IMG/VR virus record: IMGVR_UViG_3300020045_008024
Span: 1 to 58,448 of that record
From: a virus
Taxonomy: Duplodnaviria; Caudoviricetes
Strand: one strand, 5' to 3'
DNA length: 58,448 nucleotides
Below, piece after piece: positions 43,843 to 53,550 of this stretch (its first letter is position 1; every line of letters begins with the position of its first letter). The translations under genes were made by a program, and so were the position numbers. Under the pieces are notes generated by a model. It searched no databases. It was given only the letters and a program-made list of their open reading frames with translations, and was not told the DNA's origin.

Positions 43843-46266
43843 ATGGTCGGAATGATGAACTTCGGGCTTGGCCTCTTCCCGGGGCTAGGCAAAGCTGGTG
43901 GTTCGGGGGCCGCACAGCAGCAGAACGTCGCACAGCGCGGCCAGCAGCACAATGGCACCACGGCGAAGAACGGCCTGCTGTCACGCATGAAGGGCGTCAC
44001 GCGCTTCACAGTCGGTCATGGTGGCGCGCTGTCCCTCGCGGGGGTCATCAACAATTTCTGGCTGAATAACGCGGTGGCGCGGGAAGTCAGCGGTGCTGCG
44101 TACACCATCCGCAAGGCGGCTATTTCCTATAACGGCATCACAGTGCCTGTTACCTTCGACGGTAACAGGACACTGGCAGTTACCGCCGGGATGGATGAGA
44201 AGCTGACAAGCTCCGTCTATCCGTCGCAGTTCGGTGTGTCGCAGTTCGTCGCCGGCCAGCCGGTGTTCTTCCGCATGAGCCTCGATCTGCCGTCAGACGG
44301 GTCTGGCATCGCAGTGCAGTCAAGCCCGATGTATCTCGGGACCGAGAGCCAGTTTCGCTACAACCCTGCCAACGACATCGACGACGTGGACGCGGTGCCG
44401 GGGATGGCCCAGCCGACGGGCGCTGAAACGTGGATACCCTTCCCCCATCCCGTCATGCTGGTAGGCACCCCGGCGGCTCCTATGTCGTCTCTGGTGGGTA
44501 TCGGTGACAGCATCATCGACGGGTCTGTCGACAACTCTGGCGACGGCGGTGCTGGTGGTGGCTGGTTGCGTCGTGCTGCCTATGCGGAGAACATCCCGTA
44601 CTTCTCCCTTACGCGCACAGGCGACAAGCACCAGTTCTTCAACGCATCGAGCACCAAGAGCCTGAAGATGGTGAAGCGCGCCGCTGCGAACGCGGCCTAT
44701 ATCGCGTTGGGTAACAATGACATTCGCGACGGCCGGAGCTATGTGAACATGCAGGCGGACGCCCGGGCCACGTGGCTGGCGCTGCGCGCTGTCGGCGTCG
44801 GGTACATCGGCCAAGCCCTTGTCACCACCGAGACGACTTCTACAGACCAGAATTCGTCGTTGGCAGGGCAGACGCCGGTTACGAATTTCGGCGTCGGCGG
44901 TGTGAAGGATCAGTTCAACACGTTCCTGTCAGGGCTCGACGGCGGCGCGCTCAACGAAGCCATCGACACACCGAGCGCGATCCAGACCAACTACAAATTC
45001 AACGTGCCGATGTTTCAGACGACGCTAGCTGCCGCTGCTGTTGCGTATGCCGGCAACGTGAGCTTGACGCACAAACCAGACGATCTGCAGTATCTTGTTT
45101 TCGAGCCATCCACCCCGGCAAATCAGGAAGTGACATACTTTCACGTCACCGGATCCTCTGGGGCAGGTCCATACACCACCACGCTGACGTTCGGCCCTAC
45201 CAAGGCCCATGCGTCTGGCGCGGTGATCAAGTCCAGCCTTGCAGGTGATGGTGTGCACCCCCAACAGCTCGCACACAAGGCCATGGCGACAAAGGCAGCG
45301 CCGGCCGCCAAGCGCATCAAAGGACTCAAGAGCCGCTGGTATAACCTAGCCAGCTCGTTCGAGATCGACTTCGAGAACAGGCGGGCGATAAAGTCTGGCC
45401 TCATCGTCCCGATCTCTTCGTTTGTCACATGCAGCCGCGCTTCAGTAGGCCGGGCGTATGACGGCCAGTCGTGGTCCGACTTCGCGGCCGACCAGCTGCG
45501 GTATGCTGATGGTGGCGGGCTCTACGTCGAGCCGCAGCGTATCAACTACTTCAGGAACAACACGTTCCAAGGTGGTGTTGCCCCGACTACAAAGCCAAAT
45601 ATTTGGCTGTTCAACGTCCCTGCGGGGGTCACTGCCACCAGCTACGCATATGGGGTAGAGAACGGCATCGACTTTGCTGATGTTCGGTTTTCTGGCACAG
45701 CTTCAGCTACTGGCGGCATCACGGTCGATGGTGAGGTGTCTATAGCAACAGCCGTCGGTGACACGTGGACTTCATCTGGTTACGTAGCGTTGCTTGGCAA
45801 CGCTGGCATACCGTTAACAGGGACAAATATCGGCGGACGATCTGCAACCAGTGGCGGCAGTGCCACCGAGTTTCCGACAAGCGCAAACACTATGTCCCAG
45901 ATGACTAGGAGCATGAAACGGTTTTCGCACACGTTCACGCTCACAGTCGCCGGTACTGCCTTGGTGAACCACCGAACCAGCTATAACTGGTTCGGTGCAG
46001 GGGCAATCGATTTCACTGTAAGGTTTGGTTCCCACCAGATGGAGAAAGCCAGTTCGGCCACCAGCCTAATTACGACAACAGGAGCCTCCGCAACAAGAGA
46101 GGCTGATGTTGTCACAATCGCGCTTCCAGCCGGCACCCACTCCCTGACGTTCACGTTCGATGACCTGACAACACAGACGATAACAGGATGCACAGGCAAC
46201 TATGTCATCCCGACAAACCTGAACAGGCAAGTTATCGAGAAGATCGTGGGTGTTCAGACAGCCTAA
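43843..46266 (+). CDS. Head-spike fibre-like protein with SGNH/GDSL esterase domain
   Basis: N-terminal FGLGL peptide; GDS, GNND and DGVHP SGNH blocks; C-terminal 300 aa resembles the RcGTA head-spike fibre (IDFE..SRAS..LRY..QMEKASSATSLITTTGASATREAD). Confidence 0.75.
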   Translation: MVGMMNFGLGLFPGLGKAGGSGAAQQQNVAQRGQQHNGTTAKNGLLSRMKGVTRFTVGHGGALSLAGVINNFWLNNAVAREVSGAAYTIRKAAISYNGITVPVTFDGNRTLAVTAGMDEKLTSSVYPSQFGVSQFVAGQPVFFRMSLDLPSDGSGIAVQSSPMYLGTESQFRYNPANDIDDVDAVPGMAQPTGAETWIPFPHPVMLVGTPAAPMSSLVGIGDSIIDGSVDNSGDGGAGGGWLRRAAYAENIPYFSLTRTGDKHQFFNASSTKSLKMVKRAAANAAYIALGNNDIRDGRSYVNMQADARATWLALRAVGVGYIGQALVTTETTSTDQNSSLAGQTPVTNFGVGGVKDQFNTFLSGLDGGALNEAIDTPSAIQTNYKFNVPMFQTTLAAAAVAYAGNVSLTHKPDDLQYLVFEPSTPANQEVTYFHVTGSSGAGPYTTTLTFGPTKAHASGAVIKSSLAGDGVHPQQLAHKAMATKAAPAAKRIKGLKSRWYNLASSFEIDFENRRAIKSGLIVPISSFVTCSRASVGRAYDGQSWSDFAADQLRYADGGGLYVEPQRINYFRNNTFQGGVAPTTKPNIWLFNVPAGVTATSYAYGVENGIDFADVRFSGTASATGGITVDGEVSIATAVGDTWTSSGYVALLGNAGIPLTGTNIGGRSATSGGSATEFPTSANTMSQMTRSMKRFSHTFTLTVAGTALVNHRTSYNWFGAGAIDFTVRFGSHQMEKASSATSLITTTGASATREADVVTIALPAGTHSLTFTFDDLTTQTITGCTGNYVIPTNLNRQVIEKIVGVQTA

Positions 46267-46281
46267 GTTACCTCGCAAAGT

Positions 46282-46312
46282 AAAACCCCCGGCTCATCAC
46301 CGGGGGTTTTTT
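46282..46312. terminator. Bidirectional intrinsic terminator
   Basis: AAAACCCCCGG-CTCATCA-CCGGGGGTTTTTT between convergent genes. Confidence 0.88.
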
Positions 46313-47706
46313 CATGTCCAAGCAGCGGGGCTAAAGCGCGCCTTGCCGAACTGCGGCGGCTTCAGCTTCCGCATGATGACGCCCTGCACCATGCCACCAT
46401 GAGCCGCCAGCGCCGCATACTGCAGGGCATCGATTGGGTGTGAGTAGGCGTTCTTGTCCGGCGTCGGCTTTGTCTGGCCGGACTTCATCTTTGAATAGCG
46501 GTAGCCGCCACGCAGCCCCTGCACAATTGTCGGGCAGCGTGAGCGGTCAACCATGAACGTCGCCTTCCCGCCGGACTGCTGCAGCAGGAAACTCTCGATA
46601 GCACGCAGCCGGGGGTCGATGTCGTTGGTTGGCGCGGGGAACGCCATGAAGCCGGCTGACTTCAACAGGTCGAAGGAAGTCTCTTCATAGTGGCTGGACT
46701 TGGCTATGCCAGATGGATCCCCGATCACGGCCACAGGCATGCCCATGTAGCGGTCTTGGTAGATAGCAGGCTTGAGGTTCCGCTGCACGTGGAGATCAAG
46801 CCCTATGCCCGTCCCTGCCACCTCTTCGAGCACAAGGAAGCGCCCCCGGTGATCCAGCTGGCATATGATGCTCCACGGGTCGCGCCCGAAGTCCTGCCCA
46901 ACCAGCAGCGGGCGGCCGGGGACTGGCTCAAGGCTGTCATATGAATGGAAATCATGAGTATAGCTTTCGCGGAACACAGCCATGCCAGAAGGGTCGTTGC
47001 CGTATTCAGCATCGACATAACGGCGGACCCATTCAGCGGACTGCCCGCGTGCTAGGCGCTCGTAATATTCGTAGCCGCCCGGCAGATGGGCGATATTTTC
47101 AGCCCATTTCGTCCGGCCGCCCGGCTGCTTGAAAAGATGGTAGTCTGACGGCAGACTGTCTTCGAGCAGGGAGTGCCACTCGCCGCCTTCGTTTGGGAAG
47201 TTTCCATCCATGATCAGACCGAACCACGTCGGGCCGCCCTGCGCCGAAGACGGATAACGCCCAAGACGGCCGCAAAGGGACGGAATGATGGCGGGGTCAA
47301 TCTCGGGGAATTCGTTCACCCACGCTCCGGTGAGCTGCATCGACAGCAGACGCCGCTGGTCGTTTTCATCGTCGAGCGGGATGAGATGGATTTCGCACCG
47401 CACGTCATCGAACGTGATATAGATCGTGTTTTCACTTACCTTGAAGGTAGTGATCGGTTCTGCCCATGTGTAGAATTCCTTCAACACGGTCTGCTTGATC
47501 TGCTGCAGGGTCTGGCGGACGATGGCGAAGCGCGTGTGCCGCAAGCCGTCCGGCCCGGGGGCCTGTTCTTGGGCGCGGCGGAGTACTTCCATAAGGCACC
47601 CCGTCGACTTGCCGGACCCAACAGGGCCTAGGATGATGCGGACGAACGCATCAGACCTCATGAACGAAGACACGATAGGTGGTGCGTCGAAGAGCATTGT
47701 TGCCAT
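46312..47706 (-). CDS. terL: Terminase large subunit
   Basis: Walker A GPVGSGKS, GAWVNE Walker B, nuclease GQDFG, GDPSG, SHPIDALQY. Confidence 0.92.
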   Translation of the reverse strand: MATMLFDAPPIVSSFMRSDAFVRIILGPVGSGKSTGCLMEVLRRAQEQAPGPDGLRHTRFAIVRQTLQQIKQTVLKEFYTWAEPITTFKVSENTIYITFDDVRCEIHLIPLDDENDQRRLLSMQLTGAWVNEFPEIDPAIIPSLCGRLGRYPSSAQGGPTWFGLIMDGNFPNEGGEWHSLLEDSLPSDYHLFKQPGGRTKWAENIAHLPGGYEYYERLARGQSAEWVRRYVDAEYGNDPSGMAVFRESYTHDFHSYDSLEPVPGRPLLVGQDFGRDPWSIICQLDHRGRFLVLEEVAGTGIGLDLHVQRNLKPAIYQDRYMGMPVAVIGDPSGIAKSSHYEETSFDLLKSAGFMAFPAPTNDIDPRLRAIESFLLQQSGGKATFMVDRSRCPTIVQGLRGGYRYSKMKSGQTKPTPDKNAYSHPIDALQYAALAAHGGMVQGVIMRKLKPPQFGKARFSPAAWT

Positions 47707-48251
47707 TATGAGAAGTCTTCCAGCGTGTTGGGGGAACTGAACGGGTCGTAGGCGTCTTCAGTAGCACCATCCTCGTAGTTTATCAACTTGCCCATTTCTG
47801 GGCGAATGCTGATCCGTTCCGACACGCCCGGCCCGATGTTGATCTGCAGATGGAAACCACCGCTGCCGGCCACGCCAGTGTTCAACACACGGGGCTCGCC
47901 CATACCTGCGATCTTAGCCACCAGCTTACCAAGCTCAACGCGCTGGTTGAGTGGCGTCTTGCGGTCATGGAGCCCGGCATGCGCCTCTTGCATGAATTCT
48001 TCCATGACAATGGCGGCCTTCATTTTTGTGCGCTCTGCCGTGTTCGTCGCAGCATTCCACGCTTCCTGTTCTGTTTTCAGGTAGCTGATGAAGCGCGGGT
48101 GGCCCTTCCAGCGGTCGAATTCGCGCCGGTCAATGGCAAAGTTTGACAAAATATGCTCAAGCTCGTACAACCCCATGGAGAGGGTGCGGGCAACTTTCCG
48201 CATTGTTGTATCAAGATCTTTTATATCGGGTAGAGACATGCTATCAGACAT
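47706..48251 (-). CDS. Terminase small subunit (putative)
   Basis: Coupled to terL (TAATG overlap); N-terminal HTH-like segment and FHLQINIG strand. Confidence 0.65.
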   Translation of the reverse strand: MSDSMSLPDIKDLDTTMRKVARTLSMGLYELEHILSNFAIDRREFDRWKGHPRFISYLKTEQEAWNAATNTAERTKMKAAIVMEEFMQEAHAGLHDRKTPLNQRVELGKLVAKIAGMGEPRVLNTGVAGSGGFHLQINIGPGVSERISIRPEMGKLINYEDGATEDAYDPFSSPNTLEDFS

Positions 48252-48306
48252 GGTGTATGCTCTCGTAAAGTGGGGTTACCCCACAAGGTAACATCAGGCG
48301 GACAAT

Positions 48307-50388
48307 ATGGCAAACAACAATTCGAATATTGGACTATTGCGTGTGGTTGGGCCGGCTGACCTCGACGCGCAGCTCGCTGAAAAAGACAAGCGGGACTTCG
48401 AAGACCGGAAGTCTGCGGAAGCCAAATCCTCTGATTTACTCGACACGAACCTGATGTCATTCATCAGGATGGAGTGGGAGCACATGAAGCGCCACCGCAA
48501 CAGTTCGTCCGGTTGGAGCGAGCGCCTGCTGACCGCTATGCGCACCTTCAACGGCGAGTATTCAACTGAAAAGCTGAATGAGATCAGGAAATTTGGCGGG
48601 TCTGAAGTTTATGCCCGCATCATTGCCATGAAATGCCGTGGCGCATCCTCACTCCTTCGCGATGTCTACCTGACGCCAGACCGCTCGTGGGCAGTTGCCC
48701 CGCCGGCCGACCCTGACGTGCCGGACGAGATCACGCAGCGCATCCTTTCCCTCGTCACTGCCGAAGCGCAAGCGATGCAGGCCGCCGGACAGCCGGTGCC
48801 AGCCAGTGCCATCCGCGACCGCATGCAGCAGCTGATGGAGAGCGCCCGGGGGGCCGAGAAGAAACAGGCCCGCGCCCGCGCCAAGCTCGCGCAAGAGCGC
48901 ATCGACGAGATCCTTGAAAGCGGTGGCTTCTATAAGGCGTTGGCTGAATTCCTCGTTGATCTTCCGCTGTTCCCGTTCGCCTGCATCAAGGGGCCGGTAG
49001 TCAGGATCGTTCCGACCGTGAAGTGGGCGGGCGGAAAGGCTCAGATCCAACAGGAAGCCCGCCTGTTCTGGCAGCGCACGTCGCCGTTTGATATCTGGTG
49101 GACGCCGGGTGTGTCTGATATCGAAGATGCCGCTGTCATCGAGCGCACCCGCATTACCCGCGCTGACCTCAACGACCTGTTGGACCTTCCCGGCTACAAC
49201 CATGATGCCATCCGCAATGCCCTCAATGATTACGGGCGCGGCGGCTATACGGAAGCGCCGGACACCAACGACAGCCAGCGCGCCGAGTACGAGAACCGCG
49301 AAAACCCCAACATGAACACGTCGGGGATGATCGATTGCCTCGAATTTCATGGCAACGTGCAAGGCAAGATCTTGCTCGAACAGGGCATGTCATCCGAGCA
49401 GGTGCCGGACGAACTCCGCGACTATATGGTGCAAGCCTACGTCGTCGGTCGGTACGTGATCAAGGTGCAGCTAGCCCCCAGCCCGCGCAAGCGCCATCCA
49501 TACTTCATCACGTCGTTCGAGAAGGTTCCCGGCACGCCAGTCGGCAACGGACTGCCGGATATCCTGTCGGACATCCAAGAAGTCGCAAACGCTGCCCTTC
49601 GCTCACTGGTCAACAACCTGTCAATTTCTTCTGGCCCGCAGGTGGTCATTCGCGATGACATGGCCAACGGCAGCGAGGACAATGACTCCCTCTACCCGTG
49701 GAAGCGCTGGCACGTCCAAGCTGACATGATGGGATCCGGCGGGCAGACCATCAAGCCGGTCGACTTTTTCCAGCCGCAGTCCAATGCGCAGGAGCTGCTT
49801 GGGGTCTACACGAAGTTCGGGGAGATCGCAGATGAGCTGTCGGCCATCCCGCGCCACATGAGCGGCGCAAACCCCGGCGGCGGTGCCGGCCGCACAGCTT
49901 CCGGCCTAGCCATGCTCATGGGTAACGCCTCGAAGATCCTGCAGACAGTCGCCGCCAACATCGACCGTGATGTCATGAGCCCCGCGCTTTTGGCCCTTTA
50001 CGATATGTTGATGTTGACAGATGACACAGGAATGCTTAACGGTGATGAGAACATCCGCGTCATGGGTGTGAATGTCGCAGTCCAGAGGGAAACACAGAGG
50101 GTTCGCCAGCTTGAATTCCTGCAAATCACCGCCAACCCGGTCGACGCACAAATCATCGGTATCCCGGGCCGCGCAAAAGTGCTTCGCTCCGTCGCCAACG
50201 AAATCGGCCTCGACGGAGAGGGAGTTGTGCCACCAGACGATCAACTTGCAGCGTCGATGCAACAGGCACAGGAAGCCGCCGCAGCCGGCGCGGAAGCAGA
50301 AGCAACCGGAGCAGCCAGAGGGTCTGCAATGGGGGCAAGAGGAGCCGCCCCGGCAAACACAGATCCCCGCACAAACGTGACGGGATAA
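48307..50388 (+). CDS. Portal protein
   Basis: 693 aa; ACIKGPV, PVGNGLP, LVNNLSISSGPQV, RTASGLAMLM; sits between terminase and scaffold. Confidence 0.85.
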   Translation: MANNNSNIGLLRVVGPADLDAQLAEKDKRDFEDRKSAEAKSSDLLDTNLMSFIRMEWEHMKRHRNSSSGWSERLLTAMRTFNGEYSTEKLNEIRKFGGSEVYARIIAMKCRGASSLLRDVYLTPDRSWAVAPPADPDVPDEITQRILSLVTAEAQAMQAAGQPVPASAIRDRMQQLMESARGAEKKQARARAKLAQERIDEILESGGFYKALAEFLVDLPLFPFACIKGPVVRIVPTVKWAGGKAQIQQEARLFWQRTSPFDIWWTPGVSDIEDAAVIERTRITRADLNDLLDLPGYNHDAIRNALNDYGRGGYTEAPDTNDSQRAEYENRENPNMNTSGMIDCLEFHGNVQGKILLEQGMSSEQVPDELRDYMVQAYVVGRYVIKVQLAPSPRKRHPYFITSFEKVPGTPVGNGLPDILSDIQEVANAALRSLVNNLSISSGPQVVIRDDMANGSEDNDSLYPWKRWHVQADMMGSGGQTIKPVDFFQPQSNAQELLGVYTKFGEIADELSAIPRHMSGANPGGGAGRTASGLAMLMGNASKILQTVAANIDRDVMSPALLALYDMLMLTDDTGMLNGDENIRVMGVNVAVQRETQRVRQLEFLQITANPVDAQIIGIPGRAKVLRSVANEIGLDGEGVVPPDDQLAASMQQAQEAAAAGAEAEATGAARGSAMGARGAAPANTDPRTNVTG

Positions 50389-50396
50389 CAAGGAAA

Positions 50397-50615
50397 ATGC
50401 CAATGGTTATGAAGAACAAGCAGCTGTCGATGAAGAAAACCACTTTTGCCAAGGCCGGCCCGTCTGGCAAGATGATGCAGGGGCAGGCCACCGGCCAGCA
50501 GAAGCCCGGCGTCACCTCGCAGGAACAGTCCCGGTCGAAGTCGAAGAGCGCGCCGGCTGGCGGCAAGACCAAGATGTTCGGCAAGCAGACCGTGAAGCCT
50601 CAGAAGGCGAGCTAA
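50397..50615 (+). CDS. Small basic virion-cluster protein
   Basis: 72 aa, Lys/Gly-rich, AAGGA RBS. Confidence 0.65.
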   Translation: MPMVMKNKQLSMKKTTFAKAGPSGKMMQGQATGQQKPGVTSQEQSRSKSKSAPAGGKTKMFGKQTVKPQKAS

Positions 50616-50647
50616 CGCTTACCTTCTGAGGTAACAAGGAGAGAGCA

Positions 50648-50818
50648 ATGGAAAAGAAAAAGGCGCCCTTGCCCCCCACGAAAACCAAGGGCCTAACCCG
50701 CGAAAACCTCGACAGGGGTCAGCGCTCGAATACCGGCGGCGATCACTATGACCGTTTCCGGGGCAGGTACTCGAAAGAGGAACCTGTGCAGCAGGACGAC
50801 GACATGTTGTTCCGCTAG
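50648..50818 (+). CDS. Small hypothetical protein (56 aa, not in ORF track)
   Basis: MEKKKAPLPPTKTKG...; AAGGAG RBS. Confidence 0.55.
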   Translation: MEKKKAPLPPTKTKGLTRENLDRGQRSNTGGDHYDRFRGRYSKEEPVQQDDDMLFR

Positions 50819-50829
50819 GAAGTAAAGCC

Positions 50830-51078
50830 ATGCAAGCCAAAGAATACCTCACAATAAAGGCCGCAATACTGGCAAGAACCGCCCCAAATGAATGGCGCGA
50901 GTTCTTGTCAGCTCTTGGGCAGTTTACAGAACACCACAGAGAAAACCTAGTTTCGTCGCCCCTTGCAGATCTTCCAATTAACCAAGGCCGCGCCCAAATA
51001 CTTGGCGCGCTCCTGAAGAACATGGAGAACTGCACAAAAGACGCCGATGAACTTGCCAGAAAGGCACGCACCAAATGA
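50830..51078 (+). CDS. Small helical head-cluster protein
   Basis: NQGRAQIL motif typical of pre-scaffold podovirus proteins. Confidence 0.7.
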   Translation: MQAKEYLTIKAAILARTAPNEWREFLSALGQFTEHHRENLVSSPLADLPINQGRAQILGALLKNMENCTKDADELARKARTK

Positions 51079-52094
51079 GCTACACCCCGATCAAGAAGCA
51101 CGACCCCATCGACGAAAACGTCAAAATCCCGGCCGCAATTCTCGCTGCCGCAGCCCGTTCCCAGAAGCTCCACGATGAAGCTTACAAGGGGGACACAGCC
51201 GGATCCGAGCAGGCGGACCAATCCGAGACTGTGGACCCCGGTGCCCAGCAGGCACCGCAGCAGGCACCGCAGCAGGCACCGCAGCAGGCACCGCAGCAGG
51301 CACCGCAGCAGAGCGACTTCGAGCACAAATACAACTCGCTCAAGGGCCGCTATGACCAGCAGTCAACGACTATCAGCTCGCTGAACAACCGTCTGCAGCA
51401 GCTCGAAGGCGCGCTCGCAGCACAGCAGCAGCAGGCACAGGCGAAGTCGAACCCCGACCTGCAGTTCAAGTCGATCACGCAGGAAGATCGTGAAACCTAC
51501 GGCGAAGACTTCATCGACGTGGCGGCTCGTGCGGCGCAGGAAAAGCTCAACCCGGAAATCGAAGAACTCAAGCGGAAGTTCGAGCAGCTTTCCGGCAAGG
51601 TCGGGCAGGTTTCCGAGACGACACAGCTCTCGCGAACGCAGCAGACGTACCGCGATCTCGACGACGGCCTCGCCAACTGGCGCGAAATCAACCGCGACCC
51701 TGAATTTCTTTCATGGGTGAACTTGCCAGATCCTTTTTCTGGTGTTATACGTATCAACATGCTGAAGGAAGCATTCGCCCAAGGTGACAGCCAGCGGGTG
51801 TTGCGGTTCTTCAAAGGCTTCCTCGCAGATGAGGCTGCAACGGACCCCACGAAGGTCAGCGAGCCGGCCAAGCCGAATGGCAAAGTCCCGCTCTCGACAT
51901 TCGCGGCCCCGGGCAGAGCCAAGGCACCGGCAGCGACCACGCCCCCCGGTGAAAAGGAAACCATCACAACCGCGCAGATCGCCGCGTTCTACTCCATGGT
52001 CAACAAGGGCCATTACCGGGGGAACGAAGCTGAGAAGGACAGGCTCGAAGCCATGATCTTCAAGGCGCAGGCTGAAGGGCGCGTAACCTCGTAA
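51075..52094 (+). CDS. Capsid scaffolding protein (putative)
   Basis: Coiled coil, KYNSLKGRY, C-terminal AQAEGRV; immediately upstream of the capsid gene. Confidence 0.75.
   Translation: MSYTPIKKHDPIDENVKIPAAILAAAARSQKLHDEAYKGDTAGSEQADQSETVDPGAQQAPQQAPQQAPQQAPQQAPQQSDFEHKYNSLKGRYDQQSTTISSLNNRLQQLEGALAAQQQQAQAKSNPDLQFKSITQEDRETYGEDFIDVAARAAQEKLNPEIEELKRKFEQLSGKVGQVSETTQLSRTQQTYRDLDDGLANWREINRDPEFLSWVNLPDPFSGVIRINMLKEAFAQGDSQRVLRFFKGFLADEAATDPTKVSEPAKPNGKVPLSTFAAPGRAKAPAATTPPGEKETITTAQIAAFYSMVNKGHYRGNEAEKDRLEAMIFKAQAEGRVTS
51246..51311 (+). repeat. 12-bp tandem repeat x5.5 (CAGCAGGCACCG; QQAP)
   Basis: Perfect in-frame units. Confidence 0.95.
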
Positions 52095-52125
52095 AACCCT
52101 TTTCACGCATTATCGGAGCAAGACA

Positions 52126-53115
52126 ATGCCGTTTCCCGTCGCCACCTCTGGCACAGTTCCCCCGATCTACCCGGTCGGTTCCACCGGCAACGGCCTGAAG
52201 GCCGCCGGCTTTATCCCCGAAATCTGGTCCGGCAAGCTGATCGAAAAGTTCTATGCCGCCACCGTCCTCGCCGCCATCTCGAACACCGACTATGAAGGTG
52301 AAATCAAGAACAAGGGCGACACTGTCAAGATCCGCACGAAGCCGACGATCACGATCAAGGACTACAAGGCCGACGGCCTGCTGGAACTCGAACGTCCGAA
52401 GGGCTCCGTTGTCGACCTGACAATCGACAAGGGCAAGTACTTCAACACGATCCTCGACGATGTCATGGAAGTCCAGTCGGACATCCAGAACATGTCTCTC
52501 TGGGCCGACGACGCCTCCGAGCAGATGAAGATCGTTGTCGACACCGAAGTTCTGACCAGCCTCTACAACAAGGCCGCCGCCACCACCAACCGGGGCGTCA
52601 CCGCCGGCAAGGTGTCCGCCGACATCAACCTCGGCGTCACCGGCACACCGCTGGCCGTTGTTGCTGACAACGCCACGACCGGCGAAGTAGATGTTATCGA
52701 TGTGATCCTGCGCCTCGGTCAGGTGCTCGACGAGCAGAACATCCCCGAGCAGGGGCGCTGGCTGGTTGTCCCGACGTGGTTCTCGACCATGATCAAGCGT
52801 TCGGAACTTCGTCAGGCGTATCTGTCCGGCGATGGTGTCTCGATGCTCCGCAACGGCCGCATCGGCATGGTGGATCGCTTCACCATCTATGTGTCGAACC
52901 TGCTTCCGCAGGGCGTCGCTGCCGGCCTCGCCGCCGGGGAGTCTGTTGTTTACGCCGGCCACGCCCACGCGCTGACCTTCGCATCGCAGATCAACAACGT
53001 CGAGAGCATGCGTTCCGAGCAGACCTTCGGCACCATCCTGCGCGGCCTGCAGGTTTACGGCTACAGCGTGATCGACAACGTCGCGCTGACACAGGCTGTC
53101 ATCACCAAGGGCTAA
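52126..53115 (+). CDS. Major capsid protein
   Basis: FIPEIWSGKL...NTDYEGEI..GDTVKI, LDEQNIP..GRW, RGLQVYG; biased codons; followed by a terminator. Confidence 0.92.
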   Translation: MPFPVATSGTVPPIYPVGSTGNGLKAAGFIPEIWSGKLIEKFYAATVLAAISNTDYEGEIKNKGDTVKIRTKPTITIKDYKADGLLELERPKGSVVDLTIDKGKYFNTILDDVMEVQSDIQNMSLWADDASEQMKIVVDTEVLTSLYNKAAATTNRGVTAGKVSADINLGVTGTPLAVVADNATTGEVDVIDVILRLGQVLDEQNIPEQGRWLVVPTWFSTMIKRSELRQAYLSGDGVSMLRNGRIGMVDRFTIYVSNLLPQGVAAGLAAGESVVYAGHAHALTFASQINNVESMRSEQTFGTILRGLQVYGYSVIDNVALTQAVITKG

Positions 53116-53137
53116 GTTACCTCGCAGGGTAACAATT

Positions 53138-53169
53138 GAGAGGCGGGCCGTTGTGTCCGCCTCTTTTTT
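53138..53169 (+). terminator. Intrinsic terminator after the capsid gene
   Basis: GAGAGGCGG...CCGCCTCT followed by a T-run. Confidence 0.85.
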
Positions 53170-53202
53170 CATGTACAGTACCCCCAACAAGAGGGATGCC
53201 CT

Positions 53203-53541
53203 GTGAACACAATCCAAGATTACATCACTTCCGCCCGCATCCAGATGCAGGACACGACGGCGGACCCCCGCTACCCTGATGAGCAGTACAAGCTGGCGCT
53301 CGACCTCGCCTTTGACGAAGCGTACCGCCTGCGACCGGATCTGTTCATCCGCAATGAGGTGGTATCTGTCGTGTCGTCGCCGCTGTCCACGCCGGTCCCT
53401 GTCCCGAGGGGGTATCAGTCGGCGTTCCTTTATTACATGTGCGGGCATGTCCAGCTTCAGGATAACGAAGACACGACCGACAGCCGCGCCTCTGTGTTCC
53501 TCAACAAATTCGTCGCACAGCTCATGACGACACCGGCATAA
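53203..53541 (+). CDS. Head-tail adaptor-like protein
   Basis: ARIQMQD...RY...RLRPDLF pattern; GTG start. Confidence 0.65.
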   Translation: MNTIQDYITSARIQMQDTTADPRYPDEQYKLALDLAFDEAYRLRPDLFIRNEVVSVVSSPLSTPVPVPRGYQSAFLYYMCGHVQLQDNEDTTDSRASVFLNKFVAQLMTTPA

Positions 53542-53550
53542 GGATCAGAC

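Noticed and set aside
52060-53448. Long antisense ORFs (also 11006-11974, 7972-8865, 57446-58336, 32466-33257)
   Set aside because: Shadows of GC-rich, codon-biased genes on the other strand, with no RBS or recognisable motifs.
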